Virus record (IMG/VR): IMGVR_UViG_3300006904_000002
Strand: one strand, 5' to 3'
Source: a virus
DNA: 43,063 nucleotides
Shown: positions 17,176-25,691 of the stretch, in pieces
Layout: each line of letters starts with the position of its first letter
Position numbering within the stretch: the first letter of the stretch is position 1
Made by a program: the position numbers and the translations under genes
Notes under the pieces: generated by a model
Database searches by the model: none
The model's input: the letters and a program-made list of their open reading frames with translations, nothing else
Told to the model about the DNA's origin: nothing

Positions 17176-17445
17176 TTAATATCTCCCTCGATAGATCAAT
17201 TTATCTCCATCAGTAAGCATGTAACCTTTCTTATTAAATGATTCCCATCTTGTTAGATATTGAAACTTAGTTATCCTCATTGTGTTAAACCTATCAATAG
17301 GTATCTCAATAATATTAGCGAGTTTACGATTAGTATTAACTTGTTCAACTACAGCAGCAATTGGAGTTGGTAAAGGAATCTGTGTAGCAACTACAGTTGC
17401 TACTACTCCAACACCAAATAGTTTTAGAAACTTCCTTCTATCCAT
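17176..17445 (-). CDS. Small exported protein with a twin-arginine (Tat) signal peptide
   Basis: N-terminus MDRRKFLKLFGVGVVATVVATQIPLPTPIAA matches the consensus RRxFLK followed by an h-region. Confidence 0.55.
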   Translation of the reverse strand: MDRRKFLKLFGVGVVATVVATQIPLPTPIAAVVEQVNTNRKLANIIEIPIDRFNTMRITKFQYLTRWESFNKKGYMLTDGDKLIYRGRY

Positions 17446-17457
17446 TAACTACACCTT

Positions 17458-17691
17458 TCATTTATAATCTACATTCAATAGTTCTATATTAGCACACTTA
17501 CAAGCTGCTACAAAAGACTCTATAAATTCATTAGCTTTCTCTTGTTCTAGTTCAACCTCTACATATTCATTATGTATTTTATCCCAAGTTGTTAATGATA
17601 CTCTACCGTCTCTCCATTCAATTTCTATTTTAGTATCATCTCTAAATCCTTTTATCTCAGACATAAATGTATATCCCATAGTTAATTCCAC
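17458..17691 (-). CDS. Hypothetical protein (77 aa)
   Basis: ORF in the track. Confidence 0.55.
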   Translation of the reverse strand: MELTMGYTFMSEIKGFRDDTKIEIEWRDGRVSLTTWDKIHNEYVEVELEQEKANEFIESFVAACKCANIELLNVDYK

Positions 17692-17693
17692 CT

Positions 17694-18143
17694 TTATCTT
17701 TCAAATTCTTGTTTAGTTGGTGTATTTAAAGCGCGTTCAATATCCCAACCAAGTCTTGTTATTCTATCATGAGTGTTGTCGTAGTTTAAATTCAACTCCC
17801 TACACCAACTTAATAAAGATTGTTTTCTACCCATAAACGAAATATGCTCAACATCTCTTTTGTTGTTTGATTGTTCATATCTTGTTGACCATTTACAATT
17901 ATCTTTTTCATATCCTTTATTATTATCAATTCTATCTAGTGTTAATCCTTCTTCTGGATTTCCCATATCTTCAACAAAATTAGAAACATTCTTCCATCTA
18001 GGATTAACAGTAATTCCTCTTGCTCCATAATATTTAAAATCTTTATTATTTGGGTTCGTGCATCTTTGTATCATTGCATACCAAACTGCATATGCTTTTG
18101 TTCTTGATAATCCATGTTTATAATTATTTTTATCTCTTGGCAT
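17694..18143 (-). CDS. HNH-like (degenerate) homing-endonuclease-family protein
   Basis: YAVWYAMIQRCTNPNNKDFKYYGARGITV...LTLDRIDNNKGYEKDNCKWSTRYEQSNNK is a pattern common in phage HNH/AP2-type endonuclease genes. It lies 1 nt downstream of the polymerase gene. Confidence 0.55.
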   Translation of the reverse strand: MPRDKNNYKHGLSRTKAYAVWYAMIQRCTNPNNKDFKYYGARGITVNPRWKNVSNFVEDMGNPEEGLTLDRIDNNKGYEKDNCKWSTRYEQSNNKRDVEHISFMGRKQSLLSWCRELNLNYDNTHDRITRLGWDIERALNTPTKQEFER

Positions 18144-18144
18144 T

Positions 18145-20103
18145 TTAACTCCAACGATCTTTATATTCTAAATCAAATACCAATGGAATATTGAAATCAA
18201 CTCCAAATACTTCTTTAATATATTGTGTTGTATCTTTCTCCATTATTTGTTTTACATCTCTTTTGATGTTACTTTTATATAATACGTTGCCTGTAGTATT
18301 ATTATAATTAGGAATTTTAATTTCACTGGTTACAGAATCATGAACTTGCATTAATATATTGCACTCATACCCTAATTTTCTTATATCTTCATAGTAATCA
18401 TCAAGTAACTTAAGACCAATCAAACATATCCAACTAGCTAACGATTGTACTGGAAAGTTAGTTGCTTGTCTAAGAGCAGAACTTCCAGCATAACTAAATT
18501 CAGCATCAGGTAATCTTCTCTTTTGACCAAGAGGCATACTAACATACTTATGACTAACTGCAAATAATTTAGTTTTGTCCAACCACTCTTTAGCTTTACT
18601 ATACTTTGCAAACCAAGCATCAATGTATTCTTGACATTCATCTAAGTTCTTCCTTATACCTGCTTTAACTCTTAATGTTCTTTGCAATCTCTTAGCAGAC
18701 ATACCATAGAAGATACCAAAGTTTACTTCCTTAAATGCTACTCTATCATTCTTAATCTTAGCATATTCTTTACAACTACTATCTTTAAGTATAGCTTCAA
18801 GATCATCATAGGGTATACCAGTTAGACCAGACATAACAGAAGTATGTATATCTAGTCCGTTAGCAAATGCATGAATCATTGCAGGTTCTTGTGACAGAAA
18901 CGCAGCCACTCGTAACTCAAGCTGGCTAAAGTCTCCATCAAGAAGCGTGAATCCCTCACTAGCGGCAAACATTCCTCTATGTTCTTTTCCTCTTGGAATG
19001 TTCTGGAGATTTGGATTATTTGATGAGAGCCTACCTGTAACTGTGCCTCCACTACCTTCTTCATTCCTTTGCCTTCCAAGATTATATGAAGTGTGTACTC
19101 TTCCATCATATCTAGTCCACCTTTCTATTGGTTGATAATAAGTTGTGATTAACTTTATTTTCTTTTTGTAGGATAAGATTGAATCCAGAAATTGATTTTG
19201 TTGCTCTGTAGATACCTGATCCACCAGATAACCGATAGCTTCCGAATCAGTAGAGTTAGCCCCACTGGGTGTTTGCTTTTGTGGAGTGAATCCCAAAGTC
19301 TTATATAGCACAGCCCCAAGACTCTGAGAAGAATCTGGATTAAATGGAGTATCAACAATATCAGACATATTATAACGAAGCTGCACCAACTCATTAAATA
19401 ATTTAGTTTGTGTTTTATATGCATACTCTTTATCTAACCATACTCCTTTAGTTTCCATCTTACTAAGTACAGGAAGTACCATAGAAGATGTTATCATTAG
19501 TTTATCCATTCCTTCTTTCTTTAGCTTAGGAACGAATACATCATATAGTCTTCTACTAGCATCAGCATCTTTACAATTAAGTATAAGCAGATCGTCTCTA
19601 CTCATCTTATCAAAATCTATATCTTTCTTATAACTACCAAACTCTTTCCTATCCAAGTATTTATCAATAGCTTCTTGTAGGCTATTATGCTCTACATTCT
19701 CATCAAGTAGATACTGAGCAAACATAGTATCAAATAGCATACACTTAACTGTGATACCTAGCTTAACACTAATCCAATTTATATCATACTTAATGTTATG
19801 ACCGATCAATATTACATCTGATCTTTCACACAAAGAAATAAAGTTAGTTAGGCTATTATCTCCTTTCAGATTATAACTACTAAAATGCATACTAAACGCC
19901 AATGCATTCAATGGGCTGATAGCTATTGACTTAATCTTTCTATCCTTATTAAATGTATTAAGTCCTTCTGTCTCACAATCCATTCCAAATATAGGATAGT
20001 TCAAAGATTCTTTAGGAATGAAATCATGATAACCATCAGGCCACTTATTCAAGGATGGAAAGAAATCAAATGTCTCTTGTAGTTTCTCATTTACTTTCTT
20101 CAT
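18145..20103 (-). CDS. Family-A DNA polymerase with a 3'-5' exonuclease domain
   Basis: Exo motifs GMDCETEGL and IGHNIKYDINW. Pol motif A DFSQLELRV, motif B RVAFKEVNFGIFYG, motif C QVHDS. Confidence 0.9.
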   Translation of the reverse strand: MKKVNEKLQETFDFFPSLNKWPDGYHDFIPKESLNYPIFGMDCETEGLNTFNKDRKIKSIAISPLNALAFSMHFSSYNLKGDNSLTNFISLCERSDVILIGHNIKYDINWISVKLGITVKCMLFDTMFAQYLLDENVEHNSLQEAIDKYLDRKEFGSYKKDIDFDKMSRDDLLILNCKDADASRRLYDVFVPKLKKEGMDKLMITSSMVLPVLSKMETKGVWLDKEYAYKTQTKLFNELVQLRYNMSDIVDTPFNPDSSQSLGAVLYKTLGFTPQKQTPSGANSTDSEAIGYLVDQVSTEQQNQFLDSILSYKKKIKLITTYYQPIERWTRYDGRVHTSYNLGRQRNEEGSGGTVTGRLSSNNPNLQNIPRGKEHRGMFAASEGFTLLDGDFSQLELRVAAFLSQEPAMIHAFANGLDIHTSVMSGLTGIPYDDLEAILKDSSCKEYAKIKNDRVAFKEVNFGIFYGMSAKRLQRTLRVKAGIRKNLDECQEYIDAWFAKYSKAKEWLDKTKLFAVSHKYVSMPLGQKRRLPDAEFSYAGSSALRQATNFPVQSLASWICLIGLKLLDDYYEDIRKLGYECNILMQVHDSVTSEIKIPNYNNTTGNVLYKSNIKRDVKQIMEKDTTQYIKEVFGVDFNIPLVFDLEYKDRWS

Positions 20104-20351
20104 AAGTATTTCTTACAGTTAATACACTGATATGATTTATATATTTCATTAGCTTCTTTATCAAAGTCAGGATAAACAATTTGCCTCAAATGTAAACAAT
20201 ATTCATGTGGTATTGGATAGTCATTAAGCATTTGAAACATTCTATCTTTTAATATGCTTTGAGTTACTTTTTCTATTTCTTCAGGAGTCTTACATAATTG
20301 TAATGCTTTCCATAAATGGGAAGGTATTACCAATTGATCTTTATTATCCAT
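20100..20351 (-). CDS. Hypothetical protein (83 aa)
   Basis: ORF in the track; ATGA overlap with the polymerase start. Confidence 0.55.
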   Translation of the reverse strand: MDNKDQLVIPSHLWKALQLCKTPEEIEKVTQSILKDRMFQMLNDYPIPHEYCLHLRQIVYPDFDKEANEIYKSYQCINCKKYL

Positions 20352-20616
20352 TTATATTCCTCAATCTAGGAGTAAATCCTAAGTTACACATACAGCCATC
20401 ATCATGTTCTACTATTCCACAAGTTTGTTTATCTTTATTATGTCTCCATCCTTTAGGATGTCTTACTGTTCTAAGTAAGTATTGTTTATCTTCATACTTA
20501 TCTTTATCTATTGTAAAATCTGTATGAGCTACAGTATTCTTATCAGGATAACTTAAAAGTATTTCTACATCATCATCTAACTCTTCAATCTCTTTCTTTA
20601 GTTGCCATATTTTCAT
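20344..20616 (-). CDS. Hypothetical protein (90 aa)
   Basis: ORF in the track. Confidence 0.55.
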   Translation of the reverse strand: MKIWQLKKEIEELDDDVEILLSYPDKNTVAHTDFTIDKDKYEDKQYLLRTVRHPKGWRHNKDKQTCGIVEHDDGCMCNLGFTPRLRNING

Positions 20617-20622
20617 TATTCC

Positions 20623-20775
20623 TCATTTCTTATTATAAGCTGTCAACCAGAAATCAGCTAATAGAATTACACCAAGAGTAACCATCCAACTATTGCGTAT
20701 CATTGATCCTATTAGAATAATTATTATAGATGACATCCATTGAATTATCATAAAGTCACTAGGATTTATTCTCAT
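20623..20775 (-). CDS. Small two-segment membrane protein (50 aa; below the track cutoff)
   Basis: ATGA overlap with the stop of 20772..20981. Hand translation: MRINPSDFMIIQWMSSIIIILIGSMIRNSWMVTLGVILLADFWLTAYNKK. Confidence 0.5.
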   Translation of the reverse strand: MRINPSDFMIIQWMSSIIIILIGSMIRNSWMVTLGVILLADFWLTAYNKK

Positions 20776-20981
20776 TTAATTCTCCTATACATAGTTATCT
20801 TTTCAAATCCTAACTTCAAAGCAAGTTGTTTGCTAATACTTCTATTGCCTCTTAATACATCTCCTAGATATTGTTGACTAATATCTAGTTCAATAGCAAC
20901 TTGAGTTTGTGTACTAGCTTTACATCTATCTTTCAAGTAACTTAATAGTTCTTCATAAGTAAAGTAAATAGTCTTACTCAT
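20772..20981 (-). CDS. XRE-type helix-turn-helix regulator
   Basis: TQTQVAIELDISQQYLGDVLRGNRSISKQLALKL. Confidence 0.6.
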   Translation of the reverse strand: MSKTIYFTYEELLSYLKDRCKASTQTQVAIELDISQQYLGDVLRGNRSISKQLALKLGFEKITMYRRIK

Positions 20982-20989
20982 TTATTCTC

Positions 20990-21241
20990 CTAATCTATTT
21001 CAAATGTTTCAACAATCTTCTTAGGTTTAGGCACAACTATTTTACCTTTAATAATTAATCTCTTGCCTTGCCATTCAGCGGGACTGCCTTTATCCAATTT
21101 ATCAATTGATTCTATATATCCTTGATGGTCGTACTCATCTTTCCATTCTTCAATCTCTTTCATTAATCCAGCTTTATCATAAATGTCTACATTAGCATCA
21201 GTATCAAATTGACTAATTACAAAATAAAATTCTTTACTCAT
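20990..21241 (-). CDS. Hypothetical protein (83 aa)
   Basis: ORF in the track. Confidence 0.55.
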   Translation of the reverse strand: MSKEFYFVISQFDTDANVDIYDKAGLMKEIEEWKDEYDHQGYIESIDKLDKGSPAEWQGKRLIIKGKIVVPKPKKIVETFEID

Positions 21242-21244
21242 AAT

Positions 21245-21448
21245 TTATTCTCCTTTACTTCCAGATGTTACAGCACCTACAATTCCTGTGCTAAACATAA
21301 TAACTATACAACAAAATGCAATACCAAAGCAAGTATCATCAATTTCCCAATCAAACTTAATTGATAACATACCAACAACTACTGATATTGCAAACCCTAT
21401 TGCACAAAGTATTACTATTCCTATACAAACACTTTGTATTGTTTCCAT
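21245..21448 (-). CDS. Small membrane protein (2 TM, 67 aa)
   Basis: Hydrophobic segments VCIGIVILCAIGFAISVVVGML and FGIAFCCIVIMFSTGIVGAV. Confidence 0.55.
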   Translation of the reverse strand: METIQSVCIGIVILCAIGFAISVVVGMLSIKFDWEIDDTCFGIAFCCIVIMFSTGIVGAVTSGSKGE

Positions 21449-23121
21449 TATTCTCCTTTGTTAATAAAACTTAAATCAGGTACAGTCTCTTTTACCATCT
21501 GATTAGCATAATTCATTTCTAAAAATACTGTCTTTCCACTAATCCCTCTTGTATTTTTGATGCATTCAAATGCACATACGTTGCCTTGTACTTTCTTAAG
21601 AAACCAACCAGATTGACACATATAAAGTATTGATCCTGACTCTTTAAAGTTATCTGTGCCTTCTGCCATAGAGCTAATGATAAATATAATCTTGTTCTTA
21701 TCTCTTGCAAGATTAGATAGCTTACCCATATTCAAATCAATACCTTTTCTAGTATCATTACCTTCAAACTCCATACGTTGAATGTAATCAACTATCACTA
21801 CATCAAATGAATCTATACTAGCCATTATCTGATCTATTGTCCATCCTAGTTCTATCCTAACTCTTGTACTAAGATCGTTTATATAATTATTAGCATCAGG
21901 TTCAAGTATTGATTTATCTTGTTCTATCTCTGCCCACGAATGAATACTATTTCTACTAGCCAGTCTAGCCCACACCTGTTCTTTACTAAGTTCATAACTT
22001 AAACTAAGTACAGTCAATCCATTACTAGCAGCACCATTAGTAATCTCAGTAATCAAGCTAGATTTACCTATACCACTCCTTCCTGCAATACCATGAATAC
22101 CACTAGCAAAACCCCCATTAAGAATAGAATCCACTTGTTCCAAGTTGGTACGAAATTGGGTGAGTCTTGTTCCATTATCATCAGCTTCGCTACCAAAAGT
22201 GTTAGCAACGTAATGAGAATCGTAAGAGTTATATTTATTGACCTCGACATTAAGCCATCTGACAAACTCATCACCAAACTTGCAGTAAGCATAATTAGCG
22301 TCAACCTTATCAGTATCATTTAGTTTAAACCTTTCTGGTATTTCCAATATGATCGGTACTGCATTAAACTCCTTAAGATATTCAGCAGCTTTTCTAGCTC
22401 CTACATATCCACTATAATCACTATCAAATAAACTAAATACTTTCTTATTTCTAAGTAAGTACATTTGTTCTTTACTGATCTTAGCACCTAGACTAGCAGC
22501 TAAACCAATACCCTTACTGTTTCCGTATCCAAGTTGCCAAAGCGTAAAGTAATCTGTGATTCCTTCAACAAGGATAATGGTATTACTGCTAGCAATGTTT
22601 CTCCCAAATAAATCTTTGCTATCTCCTTTTGTATTTCGGAATCTTTCACCAACTCCGATAATTCTTCTTTTAACATTTCGTCCTGACTTTCCATAAGGAA
22701 CAACAAGGAAGCCATAATCTTCATGTCCTTCTCTTGACTCATAATATCCTCCAAATTCTTCTATTGTTTCAGGTTTGATCTTTCGATCTGTTAGAAAGTT
22801 TGCGTATGCTTCAATCTGTTTTCTGATAATGATTGGTCTAACTTTCTGTTCCTCTGCAATTAAGTTATGTAGAAAGTCAGAGAAGTCTTCTGATTCTATC
22901 TCTTGTTCGTCTTCATCAAATTCCAAACTAAGTTTTTCTGCTAGCTTAGTTAATGGCATAGCATCACAACCTGATAAGCAATTAAACATTTTGTCACTAA
23001 AGTTCAATCCTGCTGATGCTCTATTATCAGAATGGAATGGGCACCTAATTGGTACCCATTCTTTATCAAAGTCTACGCAAACCTCAAAGTGATTTGCAAT
23101 TGTCTGTGTGAGGGATGACAT
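21448..23121 (-). CDS. Bifunctional primase-helicase (T7 gp4-like)
   Basis: Zinc-binding CPFHSDNRASAGLN. Toprim ILVEGITDYFTL and FDSDYSG. Walker A GIAGRSGIGKSSL. Walker B VVIVDYIQ. Confidence 0.85.
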   Translation of the reverse strand: MSSLTQTIANHFEVCVDFDKEWVPIRCPFHSDNRASAGLNFSDKMFNCLSGCDAMPLTKLAEKLSLEFDEDEQEIESEDFSDFLHNLIAEEQKVRPIIIRKQIEAYANFLTDRKIKPETIEEFGGYYESREGHEDYGFLVVPYGKSGRNVKRRIIGVGERFRNTKGDSKDLFGRNIASSNTIILVEGITDYFTLWQLGYGNSKGIGLAASLGAKISKEQMYLLRNKKVFSLFDSDYSGYVGARKAAEYLKEFNAVPIILEIPERFKLNDTDKVDANYAYCKFGDEFVRWLNVEVNKYNSYDSHYVANTFGSEADDNGTRLTQFRTNLEQVDSILNGGFASGIHGIAGRSGIGKSSLITEITNGAASNGLTVLSLSYELSKEQVWARLASRNSIHSWAEIEQDKSILEPDANNYINDLSTRVRIELGWTIDQIMASIDSFDVVIVDYIQRMEFEGNDTRKGIDLNMGKLSNLARDKNKIIFIISSMAEGTDNFKESGSILYMCQSGWFLKKVQGNVCAFECIKNTRGISGKTVFLEMNYANQMVKETVPDLSFINKGE

Positions 23122-23139
23122 ACATTATTCATTTTGTAA

Positions 23140-23442
23140 CTAATTTAATTTCATACCGCAAGTCGGACAATAACTAAACTGTTTAACATTTCTAGCATCT
23201 TCGCCTTTACGAACAAGACCACCACTACCCATATATTCTTTTATGTAACCTATAATATGATTACATCCTGATTCTCTTAAAGCACTACTACATTCACGTT
23301 TATAGTTATCTTCTACCAAATGTTTTAGAATACTTCTTATATCATCAAGAACAATTCTAGTACCATTAGCATTACTAGATATATCTCTTAGATGAAATTC
23401 CATATTAACTAATCTATCTTCAACATATAGTTTATCACTCAT
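23140..23442 (-). CDS. Hypothetical protein with a C-terminal CxxC (100 aa)
   Basis: ORF in the track; ends ...YCPTCGMKLN. Confidence 0.5.
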   Translation of the reverse strand: MSDKLYVEDRLVNMEFHLRDISSNANGTRIVLDDIRSILKHLVEDNYKRECSSALRESGCNHIIGYIKEYMGSGGLVRKGEDARNVKQFSYCPTCGMKLN

Positions 23443-23691
23443 TTATATTTCCTCCGGTAGTCTTTTGTTGTCCAACCAATATTGCATTAACCTAGTTAGT
23501 TCTTTAACTTCTTCTCTATTTAAGTGATGATTCTCACCTACCCATAAGTAAGATGAGCCTGGATTATCGAATGAATCTTCATAATCTGCTATTGCAGAAG
23601 ATTCAGATATTAATCTTAAGTCTACTGGATTGTTAGCATAACTAGAATGCATAACAAACCTAAACCCCCTACCGCTAATATCTATTCTCAT
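23443..23691 (-). CDS. Hypothetical protein (82 aa)
   Basis: ORF in the track; its ATG overlaps the stop of the start-less frame upstream (ATGA). Confidence 0.55.
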   Translation of the reverse strand: MRIDISGRGFRFVMHSSYANNPVDLRLISESSAIADYEDSFDNPGSSYLWVGENHHLNREEVKELTRLMQYWLDNKRLPEEI

Positions 23692-24134
23692 TTATACTTC
23701 CTCAAATATTTAATTACAGTATCAAGAATAACAAACCAATCTTTAATTGGTAATGTCAATCCATTATCTGTAGGTTCATACTCTACATTAGTTAGATTAT
23801 CTATCTTTTTAAACTGTCTTATATCTATACACTTACCATCTACCTTATGACTAAGTACTCTAACCTTCCATACATTAGGAGCAGAATTAGTTAATCTAGT
23901 CTCAGTAGAATGGATAAAGATTGGCAGACTACTTTCTATAGTCTGCCAAACCTTAGTATAAAACCTCTGCTTAGTTTCTTCTTTCTTATCAGCTAGTATA
24001 CAAAGACTAATCCAATCTTCAATTACTCTCTTGAATGATGGAATAGTATCTATTGAAACTTCTAACCGTCTTCTTAAAGCTAGTCTCTGTTCCTGATCTA
24101 ATCTCTTTATTACTCGCTGTACGAAAGGAATCGT
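23688..24134 (-). CDS. Start-less open frame encoding a PC4-like ssDNA-binding domain; probably the +1-frame continuation of 24019..24390
   Basis: 148 sense codons with no in-frame ATG or GTG. ATGA coupling to the downstream gene. C-terminal KCIDIRQFKK...EPTDNGLTLPIKDWFVILDTV matches the PC4/p15 pattern. Confidence 0.5.
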   Translation of the reverse strand, partial: TIPFVQRVIKRLDQEQRLALRRRLEVSIDTIPSFKRVIEDWISLCILADKKEETKQRFYTKVWQTIESSLPIFIHSTETRLTNSAPNVWKVRVLSHKVDGKCIDIRQFKKIDNLTNVEYEPTDNGLTLPIKDWFVILDTVIKYLRKYK

Positions 24135-24390
24135 CTAGTGATCCAACCTCAGCTTTCTCTTTCAACTTAGCATAGGCTTGATTGATTCCTGTAACGTGTG
24201 GATTCTCTTTCCACTTCTTATCAAAGTATTCAAGTTTATTTGGTGTTGAATTATAGATGCGATCTTGCATCATTTCAGGTAGGTTAATTGTCTCCGGTAA
24301 GTCTTGTGTTTCCAATACTTTACGAAAGTTCTTGACTTCTGTATTGGAATCAGCTATAATCTGAGACATCAAATCAAATGAATTATCCAT
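24019..24390 (-). CDS. Hypothetical protein; probable N-terminal part of a frameshifted or indel-broken gene
   Basis: ORF in the track. Its 3' 116 nt overlap the start-less +1 frame. Confidence 0.5.
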   Translation of the reverse strand: MDNSFDLMSQIIADSNTEVKNFRKVLETQDLPETINLPEMMQDRIYNSTPNKLEYFDKKWKENPHVTGINQAYAKLKEKAEVGSLDDSFRTASNKEIRSGTETSFKKTVRSFNRYYSIIQESN

Positions 24391-24437
24391 TAGGGGATTA
24401 CCTTTCTTGTTAAGGATGGTTTATATGTTAATTAAAT

Positions 24438-24470
24438 AAGGGAATGATTACTGGTAATAGTCATTCCCTT
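24438..24470 (-). terminator. Stem-loop (10-bp stem) after gene 24479..24703
   Basis: AAGGGAATGA-13 nt-TCATTCCCTT, followed by ATTTAATTAA on the minus strand. Confidence 0.45.
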
Positions 24471-24478
24471 TCACACTT

Positions 24479-24703
24479 CTAAGTTCTAACTTCATGTTTA
24501 AGCATCATCGGACTGGTAAAAGCATACTCTGTAATGGTATCTATTTCTTTACCCAATTCAAGTATGTGATTGATCTGAGTAACTACTTGTTTCTCATAGT
24601 CTTGAATGATTCGATCTCTAACACTAATCTCCTTTCCCATTTTCCTAATCTCTGTCTGAAGAAAAGAAATCAATTCTTTATCTGTAGCAATTGCTTCTAT
24701 CAT
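24479..24703 (-). CDS. Hypothetical coiled-coil protein (74 aa)
   Basis: Start moved to ATG 24703, preceded by GGAGAA. The track start at 24787 is a TTG that overlaps another ORF. Confidence 0.5.
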   Translation of the reverse strand: MIEAIATDKELISFLQTEIRKMGKEISVRDRIIQDYEKQVVTQINHILELGKEIDTITEYAFTSPMMLKHEVRT

Positions 24704-24719
24704 ACAAAGTTCTCCATAT

Positions 24720-24899
24720 TCAATCCTCAGTTTCGGGTACAGTTGGTATTTCATACTGCAATGTGATCTTACCAAACTTATCTTCAAATATCATACCACC
24801 TTCTAGGTGTTTAATAGTGCATTCGTATTCGACATTGCAATTTATTGCATTCTCTATTGCTGCATTAACAATGTTGATTGCTTCTTTCTTAGTTAGCAT
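24720..24899 (-). CDS. Hypothetical protein (59 aa; below the track cutoff)
   Basis: AAGGAG lies 8 nt upstream of ATG 24899. Hand translation: MLTKKEAINIVNAAIENAINCNVEYECTIKHLEGGMIFEDKFGKITLQYEIPTVPETED. Confidence 0.55.
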   Translation of the reverse strand: MLTKKEAINIVNAAIENAINCNVEYECTIKHLEGGMIFEDKFGKITLQYEIPTVPETED

Positions 24900-24940
24900 T
24901 CAAAGTTCTCCTTTCATTTATTATAACATAACTAACTTAC

Positions 24941-25147
24941 TTATGTCAAGTCTATGAATTTAATATGAATTTCATCATCTTTGTCAAACCTTTTACTTAC
25001 TCTACCACATAAACCAGACATAATAATATCTGGAAACCAAAAGTCAGGATAACCATTAAATTCAGCTTTCACTTTATCACAGTTATCATTCCATTGCTGC
25101 TCAGTCTTACTGCTCTCCATCAATTGGGTAACTTCTTGTCTGTTCAT
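24941..25147 (-). CDS. Hypothetical protein (68 aa)
   Basis: AAGGAG lies 8 nt upstream of ATG 25147. Confidence 0.55.
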   Translation of the reverse strand: MNRQEVTQLMESSKTEQQWNDNCDKVKAEFNGYPDFWFPDIIMSGLCGRVSKRFDKDDEIHIKFIDLT

Positions 25148-25454
25148 TTATTAAACTCCTTTCAGTATCATTATACGGTTTAATCATTTCAAGTACTGAT
25201 CCGTTAGCATAGCTAGTATCTTGTGTCACATATCCATACCAAGTTTTCTTAGTTAGTGGCACTGCTAATCTATTACTCTCAGGATATTCACTAACATATT
25301 TCTTTCTAGCTTGATAACAACTAAGATTACCCACTATCATTTCCCATTCTAAGAATGCAGCTAGTTGCAATCTTTCATTCTGTCTTATCCATTCAGGATC
25401 AATACTTCTACGCTTAGCATACAAGACTTCATATTGTTGTAGTGGATCTAGCAT
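25107..25454 (-). CDS. Hypothetical protein (115 aa)
   Basis: ORF in the track; 41-nt overlap with the next gene. Confidence 0.5.
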   Translation of the reverse strand: MLDPLQQYEVLYAKRRSIDPEWIRQNERLQLAAFLEWEMIVGNLSCYQARKKYVSEYPESNRLAVPLTKKTWYGYVTQDTSYANGSVLEMIKPYNDTERSLINEQTRSYPIDGEQ

Positions 25455-25462
25455 TGAACCCC

Positions 25463-25594
25463 CTATTTGATTAACTCATAAACTTCTCTACCACATTTCT
25501 TACACCTTCTAACTTTATACTTCTTACCATCTATAGTTACTTTTCTATCTATATAATCCTTATGTTCTCCACCTTGACTACAAGTATCAGCCAT
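25463..25594 (-). CDS. Small Cys-containing protein (43 aa; below the track cutoff)
   Basis: AAGGAG upstream of ATG 25594. Hand translation: MADTCSQGGEHKDYIDRKVTIDGKKYKVRRCKKCGREVYELIK. Confidence 0.45.
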   Translation of the reverse strand: MADTCSQGGEHKDYIDRKVTIDGKKYKVRRCKKCGREVYELIK

Positions 25595-25691
25595 ATGTTT
25601 AATCTCCTTTCTAGTCTATATAGCGTCTCATTGTTTCTTCTGTGCAAGTTCCTTACGTCTTATTGGATGCTAATACTATACAATAAGTTGC

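Noticed and set aside
14868-20981. Lysogeny module inferred from the two XRE-type HTH genes
   Set aside because: No integrase, excisionase, attP-like site or divergent repressor/cro pair was found. HTH regulators alone do not show a temperate lifestyle.
21519-23092. Several 60-105-aa ORFs on both strands inside the primase-helicase gene
   Set aside because: They are nested in a gene with clear zinc-finger, Toprim and Walker motifs. These are shadow frames.
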